DNA of 64,000 bases from an uncultured Bacteroides sp. Lineage in GTDB: Bacteria > Bacteroidota > Bacteroidia > Bacteroidales > GCA-2748055. Below are positions 1 to 9,001 of this stretch, piece after piece. The position numbers and the translations under genes are program-made. How positions within the stretch are numbered: the first letter of the stretch is position 1; each line of letters starts with the position of its first letter. The notes beneath the pieces are model-generated. The model searched no databases and was not told where the DNA came from. It was given only the letters and a program-made list of their open reading frames with translations. Location of the stretch: positions 25,370-89,369 of the forward strand of contig CAYVRK010000013.1 of NCBI GenBank assembly GCA_964453785.1, given 5' to 3'.

Positions 1-1037
1 AGGTTGGTAACCAATGACACCACCTTCTCCCTTCTGAATATCCCTGCCAGTTTGATCACCTTGAAGGGATTCAGAAAACTGAGATTTGATACCCTGATTT
101 GATACCCTGAGACGCCTATCTCCTGCATCTTGCGGGCCAGAGGGCTGTCAGGTGAGGAGATGAACAGGACCTTGTAGCCTTTTCTAACCAGATGGGATGC
201 CACATCCACATGCCATTTCTCCCCACCTCCCCAGGACCGCTGTGAATTGAACAAACAGATGGTCTGCTTTTGCCTGCGCTTTTCATCCTTGTAGATATTT
301 TTGAGTTTCACGTATTTCAAAAATACCTCATGGGCTGAATTTACACTGACGATAAAACCGTAGTAGCCATCCATAAAACCCGTTCTCAGGAAGAAGTCTT
401 TGATGAATCGCCAGAGCGGGTGAAGTACAATGCTGGAGATATAGACGTGCCTGCCCCGGTCATAGTAAGACCGGGCCATGATGGTGGAAAAGGAGTTCAT
501 CTGCGCGATGTGCTCGGAAACCGTATAATAGGAGTAATGCAAAATATCCCCTTTCAGAAATTTCCGAGTGGATCCCTTGGTCAGGAAGAACCTGTCATGG
601 GGATTGAATCCTCCCCAGCTTCCTTTCCTGGAATCCCAGAGGCGCAATTTCCTGGCAGGGTACCAGCTTGTATGCCTGATCCATTTTTCACAATAGCTGG
701 TCAGCCGGTTGAAGTAGTACCCGTCGTGGGTCCAGTTTTCCTTCACCTTCATGATGGACGAACGCAATTCATCTGAGAGAGCCTCATCAGCGTCCAATGA
801 AAGGATAAAAGGGGAAGAGGCCTGGAGAATGGCCCAGTTTTTCTGTTCTATATGTCCGGTGAATCTGTGCCGGATAAAGCGGACATTGAATGCGCTGCAG
901 ATTTCCTCGGTCCTGTCGGTGGAATAACTGTCCACTACCACAATCTCATCGGCAATGCTTACCAGTGATTCAAGGCAGCGGTGGATATTCCGCTCCTCGT
1001 TATAGGTGATGATGACTGCCGATATTTTGACTTTCAT
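1..1037 (-). CDS. Glycosyltransferase, partial: an N-terminal GT2 (GT-A) domain runs on into a GT4/GT1-like domain, and the 3' end leaves the window
   Basis: Absent from the ORF track because it is open to the window edge. My translation from the ATG at 1037-1035 gives MKVKISAVIITYNEERNIHRCLESLVSIADEIVVVDSYSTDRTEEI..., then ...ILSLDADEALSDE (DxD-type motif), then ...ICLFNSQRSWGGGEKWHVDVASHLVRKGYKV (GT4-like N-terminus). There is no stop codon down to position 1. Confidence 0.75.
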   Translation of the reverse strand, partial: MKVKISAVIITYNEERNIHRCLESLVSIADEIVVVDSYSTDRTEEICSAFNVRFIRHRFTGHIEQKNWAILQASSPFILSLDADEALSDELRSSIMKVKENWTHDGYYFNRLTSYCEKWIRHTSWYPARKLRLWDSRKGSWGGFNPHDRFFLTKGSTRKFLKGDILHYSYYTVSEHIAQMNSFSTIMARSYYDRGRHVYISSIVLHPLWRFIKDFFLRTGFMDGYYGFIVSVNSAHEVFLKYVKLKNIYKDEKRRQKQTICLFNSQRSWGGGEKWHVDVASHLVRKGYKVLFISSPDSPLARKMQEIGVSGYQIRVSNLSFLNPFKVIKLAGIFRREKVVSLVTN

Positions 1038-1039
1038 AA

Positions 1040-3499
1040 TTATTCCTGCAAATATACTCTTTTCACCCGCTCGGGAATTGATGTCAGTATCTCATAGGGA
1101 ATTGTGCCTGCCATTTGTGCCACCTCCTTCACAGTGAGGTTCTTACCAAATATTTCCACCTGGTCTCCTTCCACAGCATCAATCCCGGTCACATCAACCA
1201 TGGTCATATCCATGCAGATATTCCCTATGGTGGGCGCCGACACTCCATTGATCCGGACAGATCCGATCCCGTTGCCCAGTCTCCGGTCCATTCCATCGGC
1301 ATAGCCTACACGCAGGGTAGCCACCAGGCGGTCCGATCCGGCCTTCCCGCTTCGTGAATACCCAATGGTTTCGCCCTTTTTCACCATCCTGACCTGTGAG
1401 ATGGTGGTCATATAGGAACTGGCAGGAGTTAGCTGTTTACCCTGGCCTATCCCGTGTAATCCGATTCCCAGCCGGACCATCTGATACTGTGCATCGGGAA
1501 ACCTCTCAATGCCAGCCGAGTTCAGTACATGCCTGATGAAGGGAACCTCAAGCGAATCAGCCAGTCTGCCCGATACCCTGTCATAGAGCTCCAGCTGTTG
1601 CCGACTGAAAGCGTCATGTTCAGGCTCATCGCTTGCTGCAAGGTGTGTAAACACGGAAGCGACCCTGAATTCGTGACGTTTGATCAGCGGTATCACCTCA
1701 TCCAGTTCCTCCTCCGGGAATCCCAGCCGGTGCATGCCAGAATCCAGCTTGAAATGGACTGGATAATGGCTGATCTCCCGGTAATGAAGGATCTGGTAGA
1801 GTTCCTCAAGTCCCTTGAGATTGTACACCTCCGGTTCGAGGTTGTAATCGATCATCTGTGCGTATCCCGACTGATCGGGATTCAGCACCATGATGGGCAG
1901 GTGAATGCCTGCTTTCCTCAATTCCACCCCTTCGTCAATAAAAGCAACTGCCAGGTAATCAACCTTTTGATATTGAAGCAAATGGGCAATCTCCACACTC
2001 CCGCTTCCATAGGACAGGGCTTTCACCATGACCATGGTTTTCACTCCATCATTCAACAGAGACCTGTAATAGCTCAGGTTTGAGAGCATGGCGTTCAGAT
2101 CAATTTCCAGCCGGGTCTGGTGGGATTTCAACTGCAGGTCTCCCGTGATCCGCTCAAAACCGAATCTCCTGGATCCCTTGATCAGAACTGAAGCATTCAG
2201 AAACAGGGTTCTGTCGCACCTTTTCAGGAATTCGTCCGTATCATGGAAGAACCGGCTATTCACTGCAAAGAGTTTTCTGTTGGCCAATAATGCCGGCCCG
2301 ATCCCGATAAATTGGCTAATCCCTTTCTGGTTGACCAGGCCGGATATCTCCATGTACAACTCCTGGTCCTCCAGGCCACTCTGCAACAGGTCAGACAGAA
2401 TCAGTACCTTTTCTGTATGTTGTTCCTGCTGATTCAGCAAGTCAAGTGAAGCGCCCAATCCCCTGATATCCGAATTATAGGTATCATTGATCAGGGTGCT
2501 TCCATTGATTCCCCGAAGGATCTCCATTCGCATGGAGACGGGTTCAAGTCTTTCTGCCCTGCCTGTAAGCTCTTCAACATTCAGCCCCATCTCCATGGAA
2601 AAGGTTAGTGCATGCAATGCATTCTCTACGGATGCTTTGTCGGTGAAGGGCAGGCTAAAACTGAAATCTCCGGCTGGGGAACGGGCTGAAATTTTCATTC
2701 CCCGTGAATCTTTAGCATCAACGCTGTACAGATAGGAGCCCTCCCCACCCATACTCCAGCTTATCAGTTTAGCCCCTGTCTCCTGCAGGTGCCGTAGAAG
2801 GATCGTCCCGTAAGGATCTTCGGCATTTGACCTGTAAATAATACGCTTGCAGCCCCTGAATAGCTTCAGCTTTTCTGTAAGTTTCTGCTCCATGCTTTTA
2901 AAATTCTCCTGGTGAGCAGTGCCCAGGTTGGTAAACAATCCTATATCGGGCGCAATGATACCGTGGAGTTTCTCCATCTCTCCGGGAAGGGAAATCCCCG
3001 CCTCAATGACAGCAAGCTGGTGATGATCCTGTATCATCCAGACAGAAAGCGGGACTCCCAGCTGACTGTTGTAACTTTTTGGGCTTCGATGGATCTGAAG
3101 GCGCCCATTCATGATCTGGTAGATCCACTCTTTCACAATGGTTTTTCCATTGCTTCCTGTCACGGCTGCCACCACTCCCGTGAAAGCCATCCTTCGTGCT
3201 GTAGCCAGCATCTGCAATCCCACGAGCGTGTCATCCACCTTGCAAAAACCTGCTTCCGGATAGGATGACAGGTCGGGCAAAACCGACACCAGAAAGGCCC
3301 TTACACCCTTATCATACAACTCACCAATGAACTGGTGACCATCATGGTGTTCTCCCGACAGGGCAACAAAAAGCGTTGAGTCAACCGGAATGACTGTCCT
3401 GCTGTCAAATGCAAGTGTGGTGATCCTGATCTGGCTCTCTCCAAAAGTCGTACCATTGATGCGAAAGCCTATCTCCTTGAGCGTCCATCCGGGTTCCAT
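1040..3499 (-). CDS. murF-alr: Bifunctional UDP-N-acetylmuramoyl-tripeptide--D-alanyl-D-alanine ligase (MurF) / alanine racemase (Alr)
   Basis: 819-aa ORF. The N-terminal half has the Mur ligase P-loop VTGSNGKT. The C-terminal half has the alanine racemase PLP-lysine region MVKALSYGSG and an Alr-type C-terminus (YADG...GNICMD). This fusion is a known Bacteroidota architecture. Confidence 0.9.
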   Translation of the reverse strand: MEPGWTLKEIGFRINGTTFGESQIRITTLAFDSRTVIPVDSTLFVALSGEHHDGHQFIGELYDKGVRAFLVSVLPDLSSYPEAGFCKVDDTLVGLQMLATARRMAFTGVVAAVTGSNGKTIVKEWIYQIMNGRLQIHRSPKSYNSQLGVPLSVWMIQDHHQLAVIEAGISLPGEMEKLHGIIAPDIGLFTNLGTAHQENFKSMEQKLTEKLKLFRGCKRIIYRSNAEDPYGTILLRHLQETGAKLISWSMGGEGSYLYSVDAKDSRGMKISARSPAGDFSFSLPFTDKASVENALHALTFSMEMGLNVEELTGRAERLEPVSMRMEILRGINGSTLINDTYNSDIRGLGASLDLLNQQEQHTEKVLILSDLLQSGLEDQELYMEISGLVNQKGISQFIGIGPALLANRKLFAVNSRFFHDTDEFLKRCDRTLFLNASVLIKGSRRFGFERITGDLQLKSHQTRLEIDLNAMLSNLSYYRSLLNDGVKTMVMVKALSYGSGSVEIAHLLQYQKVDYLAVAFIDEGVELRKAGIHLPIMVLNPDQSGYAQMIDYNLEPEVYNLKGLEELYQILHYREISHYPVHFKLDSGMHRLGFPEEELDEVIPLIKRHEFRVASVFTHLAASDEPEHDAFSRQQLELYDRVSGRLADSLEVPFIRHVLNSAGIERFPDAQYQMVRLGIGLHGIGQGKQLTPASSYMTTISQVRMVKKGETIGYSRSGKAGSDRLVATLRVGYADGMDRRLGNGIGSVRINGVSAPTIGNICMDMTMVDVTGIDAVEGDQVEIFGKNLTVKEVAQMAGTIPYEILTSIPERVKRVYLQE

Positions 3500-3505
3500 A
3501 CGGTT

Positions 3506-4087
3506 CTATCTTCCAGGGTTGACTTTTGAATAACAGGCCCTGCAAAGGGGCTCATAAATATCGGTTTCACCCAGGACAATCAGTTTGTCATCCTCTGACA
3601 ATCGGTGTGTATGGTTGGCCAGCGTCCCGCACCTGACGCAAATGGCATGAACCTTGGTCACATATTCAGCGATAGAAAGGAGTTTTGGCATGGGCCCAAA
3701 AGGAATCCCGCGATAATCCATATCCAGTCCGGCTACAATTACCCTGGTCCCGCTGTTAGCGAGCTGGTTACAAACACCAACCAGACCGTCATCAAAAAAC
3801 TGTGCTTCATCAATCCCCACCACTTCCACCTGGTTTGCAAGAAGTAAAATGTTTGATGCTGAATCAACCGGCGTACTATGGATGGCATTGGCATCGTGGG
3901 ATACCACCTCTTCTACCGAATAACGAATCTCGATACGGGGTTTAAAGATCTCCACCTTTTGTTTTGCAATCTTTGCCCTTTTAAGCCTCCGAATCAGCTC
4001 CTCGGTTTTCCCTGAAAACATGGATCCGGTAATGACCTCAATCCAACCCCGACCACGGGATCTGTCAACCGTGTTTTCAAGAAACAT
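3506..4087 (-). CDS. tdk: Thymidine kinase
   Basis: 193 aa. P-loop [20 protein letters not shown] motif, and a C-terminal Zn-ribbon (CVRCG...CRAC). Confidence 0.95.
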   Translation of the reverse strand: MFLENTVDRSRGRGWIEVITGSMFSGKTEELIRRLKRAKIAKQKVEIFKPRIEIRYSVEEVVSHDANAIHSTPVDSASNILLLANQVEVVGIDEAQFFDDGLVGVCNQLANSGTRVIVAGLDMDYRGIPFGPMPKLLSIAEYVTKVHAICVRCGTLANHTHRLSEDDKLIVLGETDIYEPLCRACYSKVNPGR

Positions 4088-4155
4088 GCTGTGCGGTTAT
4101 ATGAAGAATATCCTTAATTTTGTATGAATCTTCTGACCTAAAGTGCTCATCAATC

Positions 4156-4872
4156 ATGGAAATAAAATACACCATAGAAATACTGACCAAAGATATACAA
4201 GATATAGAAAAATTGGTGGCTAACATTCAAAATTCTCCCAATGGTTCTACCCTTGAACTGGACCTTGCCCTTTCAAAACTGAGAAACGTCTATGACATCC
4301 TCACAATGATCAGGACCGATATGTCCCTGGCAGGTAAAATCCCGAAGGTGTCAGATGAACCGCAACATGCTGAAACCCCGGTTGTAGAAGCTGAACCACC
4401 AGTTGCTGAAACTCCGGTTGTAAAAGCTGAACCGCAGGTTGCTGAAACCCCGGTTTCAGAAGCTGAGCCTCCGGTAGTTCAACCTCCTGTTGCCGAGGCC
4501 CCGACGGTGGCTCAGAAAGAGCCGAAGATCACCCATGGACATACGGGGACCATCGCAGAGAAATTCACTGCCGAATCGAGTATCAATGAAAACCTGGCAG
4601 GAACAAGGGATCCGGACAAGGAGTCCAAACTGCTGGGCAAACCCATCGACAGCATCAGCAGGAACATTGGGATCAACGACAGGTTTCTCATCATCCGGGA
4701 GCTTTTTGATGGTAATTCGGATGGTTTTGTCAAACTGATCGAGGAACTTGACAATGCCGGAGATCTTCTGACAGCCAGCCAGCTACTTGAATCCAAATTT
4801 GAACAGTCCAGGGATCATGAAGGGATCTCCATCCTGACCAATCTGGTGAAACGGAGGTACAACAGGATCTGA
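4156..4872 (+). CDS. Hypothetical protein with an internal Pro/Glu/Val-rich tandem-repeat linker
   Basis: The ORF track starts at a TTG at 4120. The first ATG (MEIKYTIEIL) is at 4156. The central segment is AETPVVEAEPPV/AETPVVKAEPQV/AETPVSEAEPPV. The conserved-looking C-terminal part is IGINDRFLIIRELFDGNSDGF. I do not recognise a family. Confidence 0.7.
   Translation: MEIKYTIEILTKDIQDIEKLVANIQNSPNGSTLELDLALSKLRNVYDILTMIRTDMSLAGKIPKVSDEPQHAETPVVEAEPPVAETPVVKAEPQVAETPVSEAEPPVVQPPVAEAPTVAQKEPKITHGHTGTIAEKFTAESSINENLAGTRDPDKESKLLGKPIDSISRNIGINDRFLIIRELFDGNSDGFVKLIEELDNAGDLLTASQLLESKFEQSRDHEGISILTNLVKRRYNRI
4369..4476 (+). repeat. Three tandem copies of a 36-bp in-frame repeat (12-aa AETPVxxAEPxV unit) inside the CDS 4156..4872
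   Basis: Read directly from the sequence: gctgaaaccccggttgtagaagctgaaccaccagtt / gctgaaactccggttgtaaaagctgaaccgcaggtt / gctgaaaccccggtttcagaagctgagcctccggta. Confidence 0.8.
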
Positions 4873-4873
4873 T

Positions 4874-5548
4874 ATGTCAAAACTAACCCTGGTACCTACA
4901 CCCATCGGCAACCTTGGGGATATCACTTTCAGGGCACTGGAGGTACTGAAAGAATCGGACCTCATCCTGGCAGAAGATACAAGGAAGACCGGGAATCTTC
5001 TGAAACATTTCCAGATTACAAAACCGATCCGCTCACACCATAAATTCAATGAACACGGCACCCTCGAATCACTTGTCTCACAACTCATGGCCGGAACCAC
5101 CATGGCCCTGGTTACAGACGCAGGTACCCCGGGGATCTCGGATCCCGGGTTCCTTTTGGTCCGTGCCTGTATTGAACATGAAATCCAGGTTGAAACACTG
5201 CCCGGACCAACTGCATTTATTCCAGCCCTTGTGAATTCAGGCCTTCCCTGTGACAGGTTTGTATTCGAGGGTTTTCTGCCACCCAAGAAGGGAAGAAACA
5301 AACGGATCTCCGAACTGGCTGAAGAGAAACGGACCATGGTCCTGTATGAATCTCCTTTCAGGCTGGAGAAGACTTTGCGACAACTGGCAACCCATCTGGG
5401 GGTGGACAGAAAAGCATCGGTCTCCAGGGAAATTTCAAAAATTCATGAAGAGACCGTCAGGGGTACACTTGTTGAAGTTGCCGATCATTACTGCAACAGG
5501 CAGGTGAAAGGCGAAATCGTGATTGTGGTTGCCGGTTCAGATGAATGA
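4874..5548 (+). CDS. rsmI: 16S rRNA (cytidine1402-2'-O)-methyltransferase
   Basis: 224 aa. The N-terminus LTLVPTPIGNLGDITFRALEVLKESDLILAEDTR and the motif DAGTPGISDPG are typical of RsmI. Confidence 0.93.
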   Translation: MSKLTLVPTPIGNLGDITFRALEVLKESDLILAEDTRKTGNLLKHFQITKPIRSHHKFNEHGTLESLVSQLMAGTTMALVTDAGTPGISDPGFLLVRACIEHEIQVETLPGPTAFIPALVNSGLPCDRFVFEGFLPPKKGRNKRISELAEEKRTMVLYESPFRLEKTLRQLATHLGVDRKASVSREISKIHEETVRGTLVEVADHYCNRQVKGEIVIVVAGSDE

Positions 5549-5556
5549 TCTGCCGA

Positions 5557-6456
5557 TTAATATGGCCGGACACTTCCAGAACCTGTAATCCTGGTGGTGA
5601 TCATTGGATTTCCTCTGTATATGACATCTCCCGAGGCCGATATGGTTACATCCAGGAAATCCGTAGCATATACATAGACCTTTCCCGAACCACTGATCGA
5701 TACTTCCGCATCTTCAACCATGAGTTCAACAGCATCTATTTTACCGGAAGCGCTCAGGTAATAATCAGCTGTTTCTGCATTTCCCCAGAGTGTAATCCTG
5801 CCAGACCCAGTAAGCCTTGCATCCACTTTCACCCCGTCAATCAGTGTACCATAAACGCTGCCCGAACTGGTATGATTAACATCCAAAAGAGCTGCTCCGT
5901 AAACTGCTCCCGCATCAATTTTTCCTGAACCGGTTTGAACTGCCTGTATCTCATTCACATACGCCGCCAGCATGGACAGGTCGCCGGAGCCGGAATTTTT
6001 TAGGGCGGCTGACAAAGCAAATACCGAATCGATACTGATTTTACCCGATCCCGAATTGGTGATTTCAAACTCGTTCGAATCAGCCCTGTCCGCTGAAAGT
6101 TTCCCCGATCCTGTATTCCTGATCTCCGTCAATTCGGGCAATGACACATAGACGAGTATCGGAGCTATTGAATTAATGCACTCACCGTTTCTGGTTTTCA
6201 CAATCAGCGTGCCACCCGAGACATATGTTTCAATGAATTGCAAAAGGTTCTCCTGTGCTTCAACCTCCACTGCAAAACTATCGGCTTGCGTAACCCTAAC
6301 TTCAAAAGAGCCAGTGTTGCTTACTGCTGTAAACCCGTCAAGGTCACGCACATCAACCATTATAGGTCCGTACCCCTGAATGCAGGGTCCTAAAAATGAA
6401 CAAGCTGTGAATACCATCATCAGAATACAAACGCCTGCAACTACTATATTTTTCAT
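5557..6456 (-). CDS. DUF2807-like (GIN/head-domain) putative lipoprotein
   Basis: 299 aa. Signal peptide with lipobox (MMVFTAC), followed by repeated GSG[KD][IL] beta-helix-like units (NTGSGKLSA, NSGSGKISI, NSGSGDLSM, QTGSGKIDA, LTGSGRITL, ISGSGKVYV). Confidence 0.8.
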   Translation of the reverse strand: MKNIVVAGVCILMMVFTACSFLGPCIQGYGPIMVDVRDLDGFTAVSNTGSFEVRVTQADSFAVEVEAQENLLQFIETYVSGGTLIVKTRNGECINSIAPILVYVSLPELTEIRNTGSGKLSADRADSNEFEITNSGSGKISIDSVFALSAALKNSGSGDLSMLAAYVNEIQAVQTGSGKIDAGAVYGAALLDVNHTSSGSVYGTLIDGVKVDARLTGSGRITLWGNAETADYYLSASGKIDAVELMVEDAEVSISGSGKVYVYATDFLDVTISASGDVIYRGNPMITTRITGSGSVRPY

Positions 6457-6745
6457 TGTTTTTCCTGTTGAGATTAAACGCTATCGTGATTCTTCAATCT
6501 AAAAGACAAAGGTTCGGTCGGAAAGATGCATGAAGCGTCAATTATTTTAAACCCCTTGTTCATGAGAAAGGTGGCGCGATCAGGCACCGATGTTCGTTTT
6601 CGTACGCTCCTGTTACACTTTCGATCAGAATTATGAAATTTTAACATTCATATATATCGGCTTTATATATCTTATTATATGTCATTTACGGATTTTGGCA
6701 CACAATATGAACATGGTGAGGCAAAACAGCAAAATCACAAGGGTC

Positions 6746-7210
6746 ATGAAAAACGCAAGAATCATCATCAGCATCGCACTGGTCGCCCTGGCGACCACCT
6801 CTTTCGCCCAACTGAGCAACCTGAATGACAAATTATTTCACAACAAAACGGATATCCATCCAGTTGTCTACACTTCCGAAACTGCCGGTTTCAGAGACTG
6901 GAAATCTGATCTTCAGGACAGGTTGGACCATGGTCACTTACGGATTTCCGGATCTCCTTCAGTTGACAAAACCTTTTTTTTCAGCCAGGTAGAGGTGATC
7001 TATGAAAATGAAAGTGGATTGGAAGACTGGATGTCAGTTCCTTTCGAATCTACAAAAGATGAAGAAGATCTTTCCATAGAGCCCTGGATGGCCAAACCTT
7101 TTCTTTCATCTTGTGAAATTGAAGATTTGAAACTTGAATCATGGATGGCTGTCCCATTTGAATGCGACACTCCTGCGGAAAAGTGTATTGTAGCAGACAA
7201 CGGCCAATAG
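6746..7210 (+). CDS. Small secreted hypothetical protein with three acidic WMxxPF repeats
   Basis: The track ORF 6590..7210 has an unlikely N-terminal extension. The ATG at 6746 gives MKNARIIISIALVALATTSFAQ, a Sec signal peptide. The repeats are EDWMSVPFES, EPWMAKPFLS and ESWMAVPFEC. Confidence 0.6.
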   Translation: MKNARIIISIALVALATTSFAQLSNLNDKLFHNKTDIHPVVYTSETAGFRDWKSDLQDRLDHGHLRISGSPSVDKTFFFSQVEVIYENESGLEDWMSVPFESTKDEEDLSIEPWMAKPFLSSCEIEDLKLESWMAVPFECDTPAEKCIVADNGQ

Positions 7211-7250
7211 CCTGATTCAGATCTGGCGTTTTAATCACCTACATATTTCA

Positions 7251-7279
7251 AGAGGCTGTCTTCAAATAGGGCAGCCTCT
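7251..7279. terminator. Hairpin between convergent genes, a possible bidirectional terminator
   Basis: AGAGGCTG-tcttcaaataggg-CAGCCTCT forms an 8-bp perfect stem. A T-rich stretch (tctatttat) follows on the + strand. Confidence 0.45.
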
Positions 7280-7377
7280 TCTATTTATCGCCCTTTTCCC
7301 TTGTTCCGTTCTTCGCCTGTCGGCTCAGTCCCTCCGGTGCCCCTTGTTCCTCACACTGGGCACCAGGCACTGAGCAC

Positions 7378-8901
7378 TTAGAACGGGGCAGGTTCATCGA
7401 ACCCGTTGTTCATTCCAATATCGTTGTTCATCCCTCCTTCTCCCTCTATCCTGTTCATTTTCGACTGATAGATGGCCTTTGAATTTCCATTCTCGTCATC
7501 TTCAACAAGGGCCAGGTGATCATCCAGATCAACAAACTTCGCAAACTCCCTTACAAACTTCAGGGTAATATCACCCACCGGTCCGTTCCTGTGTTTGGAA
7601 ACGATGATCTCCGCGATTCCTTTGAGGGAGTTTCCATCCTCATCCACATCCAATCCGTAGTATTCCGGCCGGTGTATGAAAATCACCAGGTCGGCATCCT
7701 GTTCAATGGCTCCCGATTCCCGCAGGTCGGAAAGCTGTGGCCTTTTGTTCCCGGACCGCATTTCCACACTCCGGTTCAGCTGTGAAAGTGCGATCACAGG
7801 AATATCCAGCTCTTTTGCCACACTTTTCAGTGACCTGGAAATATTACTAACCTCCTGTTCCCTGCTTCCCGATTCCTTTGACCCGGTCATGAGCTGGAGA
7901 TAGTCAATGACCACGGCCTGAATATCATATTTCTGCTTTAGCCGCCTGCATTTTGCCCTGAATTCGAAAATGGATATGGCAGGAGTATCATCCACATACA
8001 TGGGGGCTTTTTCCAGATCCTTTATTTTATACTCCAACTGCTCCCACTCGTAATTTTCAAGCCTGCCTGTCCGGATCTTATCAGAAGCAAGCTGTGTCTC
8101 ACCGATGATCAGCCTGTTTACAAGCTGGATGGAAGACATTTCCAACGAGAAAAAAGCTACCGGACGGTTGTGTTCCACAGCCATATTCCTGGCCATGGAG
8201 AGAACAAAGGCAGTCTTCCCCATGGAGGGCCTGGCAGCCACAATAATCAGGTCAGACTTCTGCCATCCCGATGTGAGCCTGTCCAGCCGTGTAAATCCGG
8301 AAGGCACTCCGCTCAGGCTATCTTCCCGCTTTCCAGCCTCTTCAATCTGTTCAAGAGCGGTTTTTAGCAGGTTATTGAGCTTAATGGTCTCCTTCTTAAT
8401 ATGTCCTTCAGCAATGTTGAGTAGTTCCCGTTCAGAGTAATCCAGCAGATCATCTACATCAGTTCCTTCATCAAATGCCCTTTCCTGAATATCAGAAGAG
8501 ACCCGGATCAACTCTCTCTGTATGTATTTCTGAGCCACAATCCGGGCATGGTACTCCAGGTGAGCAGCAGACCCAACCCTGGACGTAAGCTGAGCAATAT
8601 AGACCGCTCCTCCCACAGATTCCAGTTTCTCCTGTTTTCGAAGCTCCTCTGTCACTGTCAGCAGGTCGATGGGTTTCTCCTGCTGGGATAGGGATTGAGC
8701 CACCTCATAGATTTGCTGATGAGATTCCTTATAAAAACTGTCTGGTTCCAGAATATCAAGCACAGAAAGGATGGCATCCTTCTCGAGCATAATTGCTCCC
8801 AGCACCGCTTCTTCCAGATCAAGCGCCTGGGGCGGGATTTTTCCATAATCCAGAGCGATGGCCTGGTTCTTCTTCGTAACGGATGTCTGTTGTTTCGCCA
8901 T
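7378..8901 (-). CDS. dnaB: Replicative DNA helicase
   Basis: 507 aa. Walker A ARPSMGKTAF, the motifs IDYLQLM and ALSQLNR, and a DnaB N-terminal domain (PPQALDLEEAVLGAIM). The length indicates no intein. Confidence 0.97.
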   Translation of the reverse strand: MAKQQTSVTKKNQAIALDYGKIPPQALDLEEAVLGAIMLEKDAILSVLDILEPDSFYKESHQQIYEVAQSLSQQEKPIDLLTVTEELRKQEKLESVGGAVYIAQLTSRVGSAAHLEYHARIVAQKYIQRELIRVSSDIQERAFDEGTDVDDLLDYSERELLNIAEGHIKKETIKLNNLLKTALEQIEEAGKREDSLSGVPSGFTRLDRLTSGWQKSDLIIVAARPSMGKTAFVLSMARNMAVEHNRPVAFFSLEMSSIQLVNRLIIGETQLASDKIRTGRLENYEWEQLEYKIKDLEKAPMYVDDTPAISIFEFRAKCRRLKQKYDIQAVVIDYLQLMTGSKESGSREQEVSNISRSLKSVAKELDIPVIALSQLNRSVEMRSGNKRPQLSDLRESGAIEQDADLVIFIHRPEYYGLDVDEDGNSLKGIAEIIVSKHRNGPVGDITLKFVREFAKFVDLDDHLALVEDDENGNSKAIYQSKMNRIEGEGGMNNDIGMNNGFDEPAPF

Positions 8902-9001
8902 TTCTGGTTTATTTGGGTCCTAAAGATAAGAAACCACCCTGCGGCAAGGCTTGCCCGTATACTGCTTTTTTAAACAGCATTCCATTAGTTATAATTAACA
9001 A

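Noticed and set aside
420-776. Track ORF (118 aa, GTG start) on the + strand inside the region 1-1037
   Set aside because: It lies antisense to a continuous GT2-type reading frame with clear motifs. It has a Pro/Gly-rich shadow-ORF composition and no recognisable motif.
1104-3268. Several + strand track ORFs (66-184 aa) nested inside murF-alr
   Set aside because: All are antisense to an 819-aa ORF with Mur ligase and alanine racemase motifs. These are typical shadow ORFs.
7280-7377. Direct repeats in the dnaB 3' region: CCCTTGTTCC at 7298 and 7341, and CACTGGGCAC/CACTGAGCAC at 7353-7376
   Set aside because: They are short (10 bp), there are only two copies, and there is no flanking structure or coding potential. 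They are most simply chance or 3'-UTR sequence.
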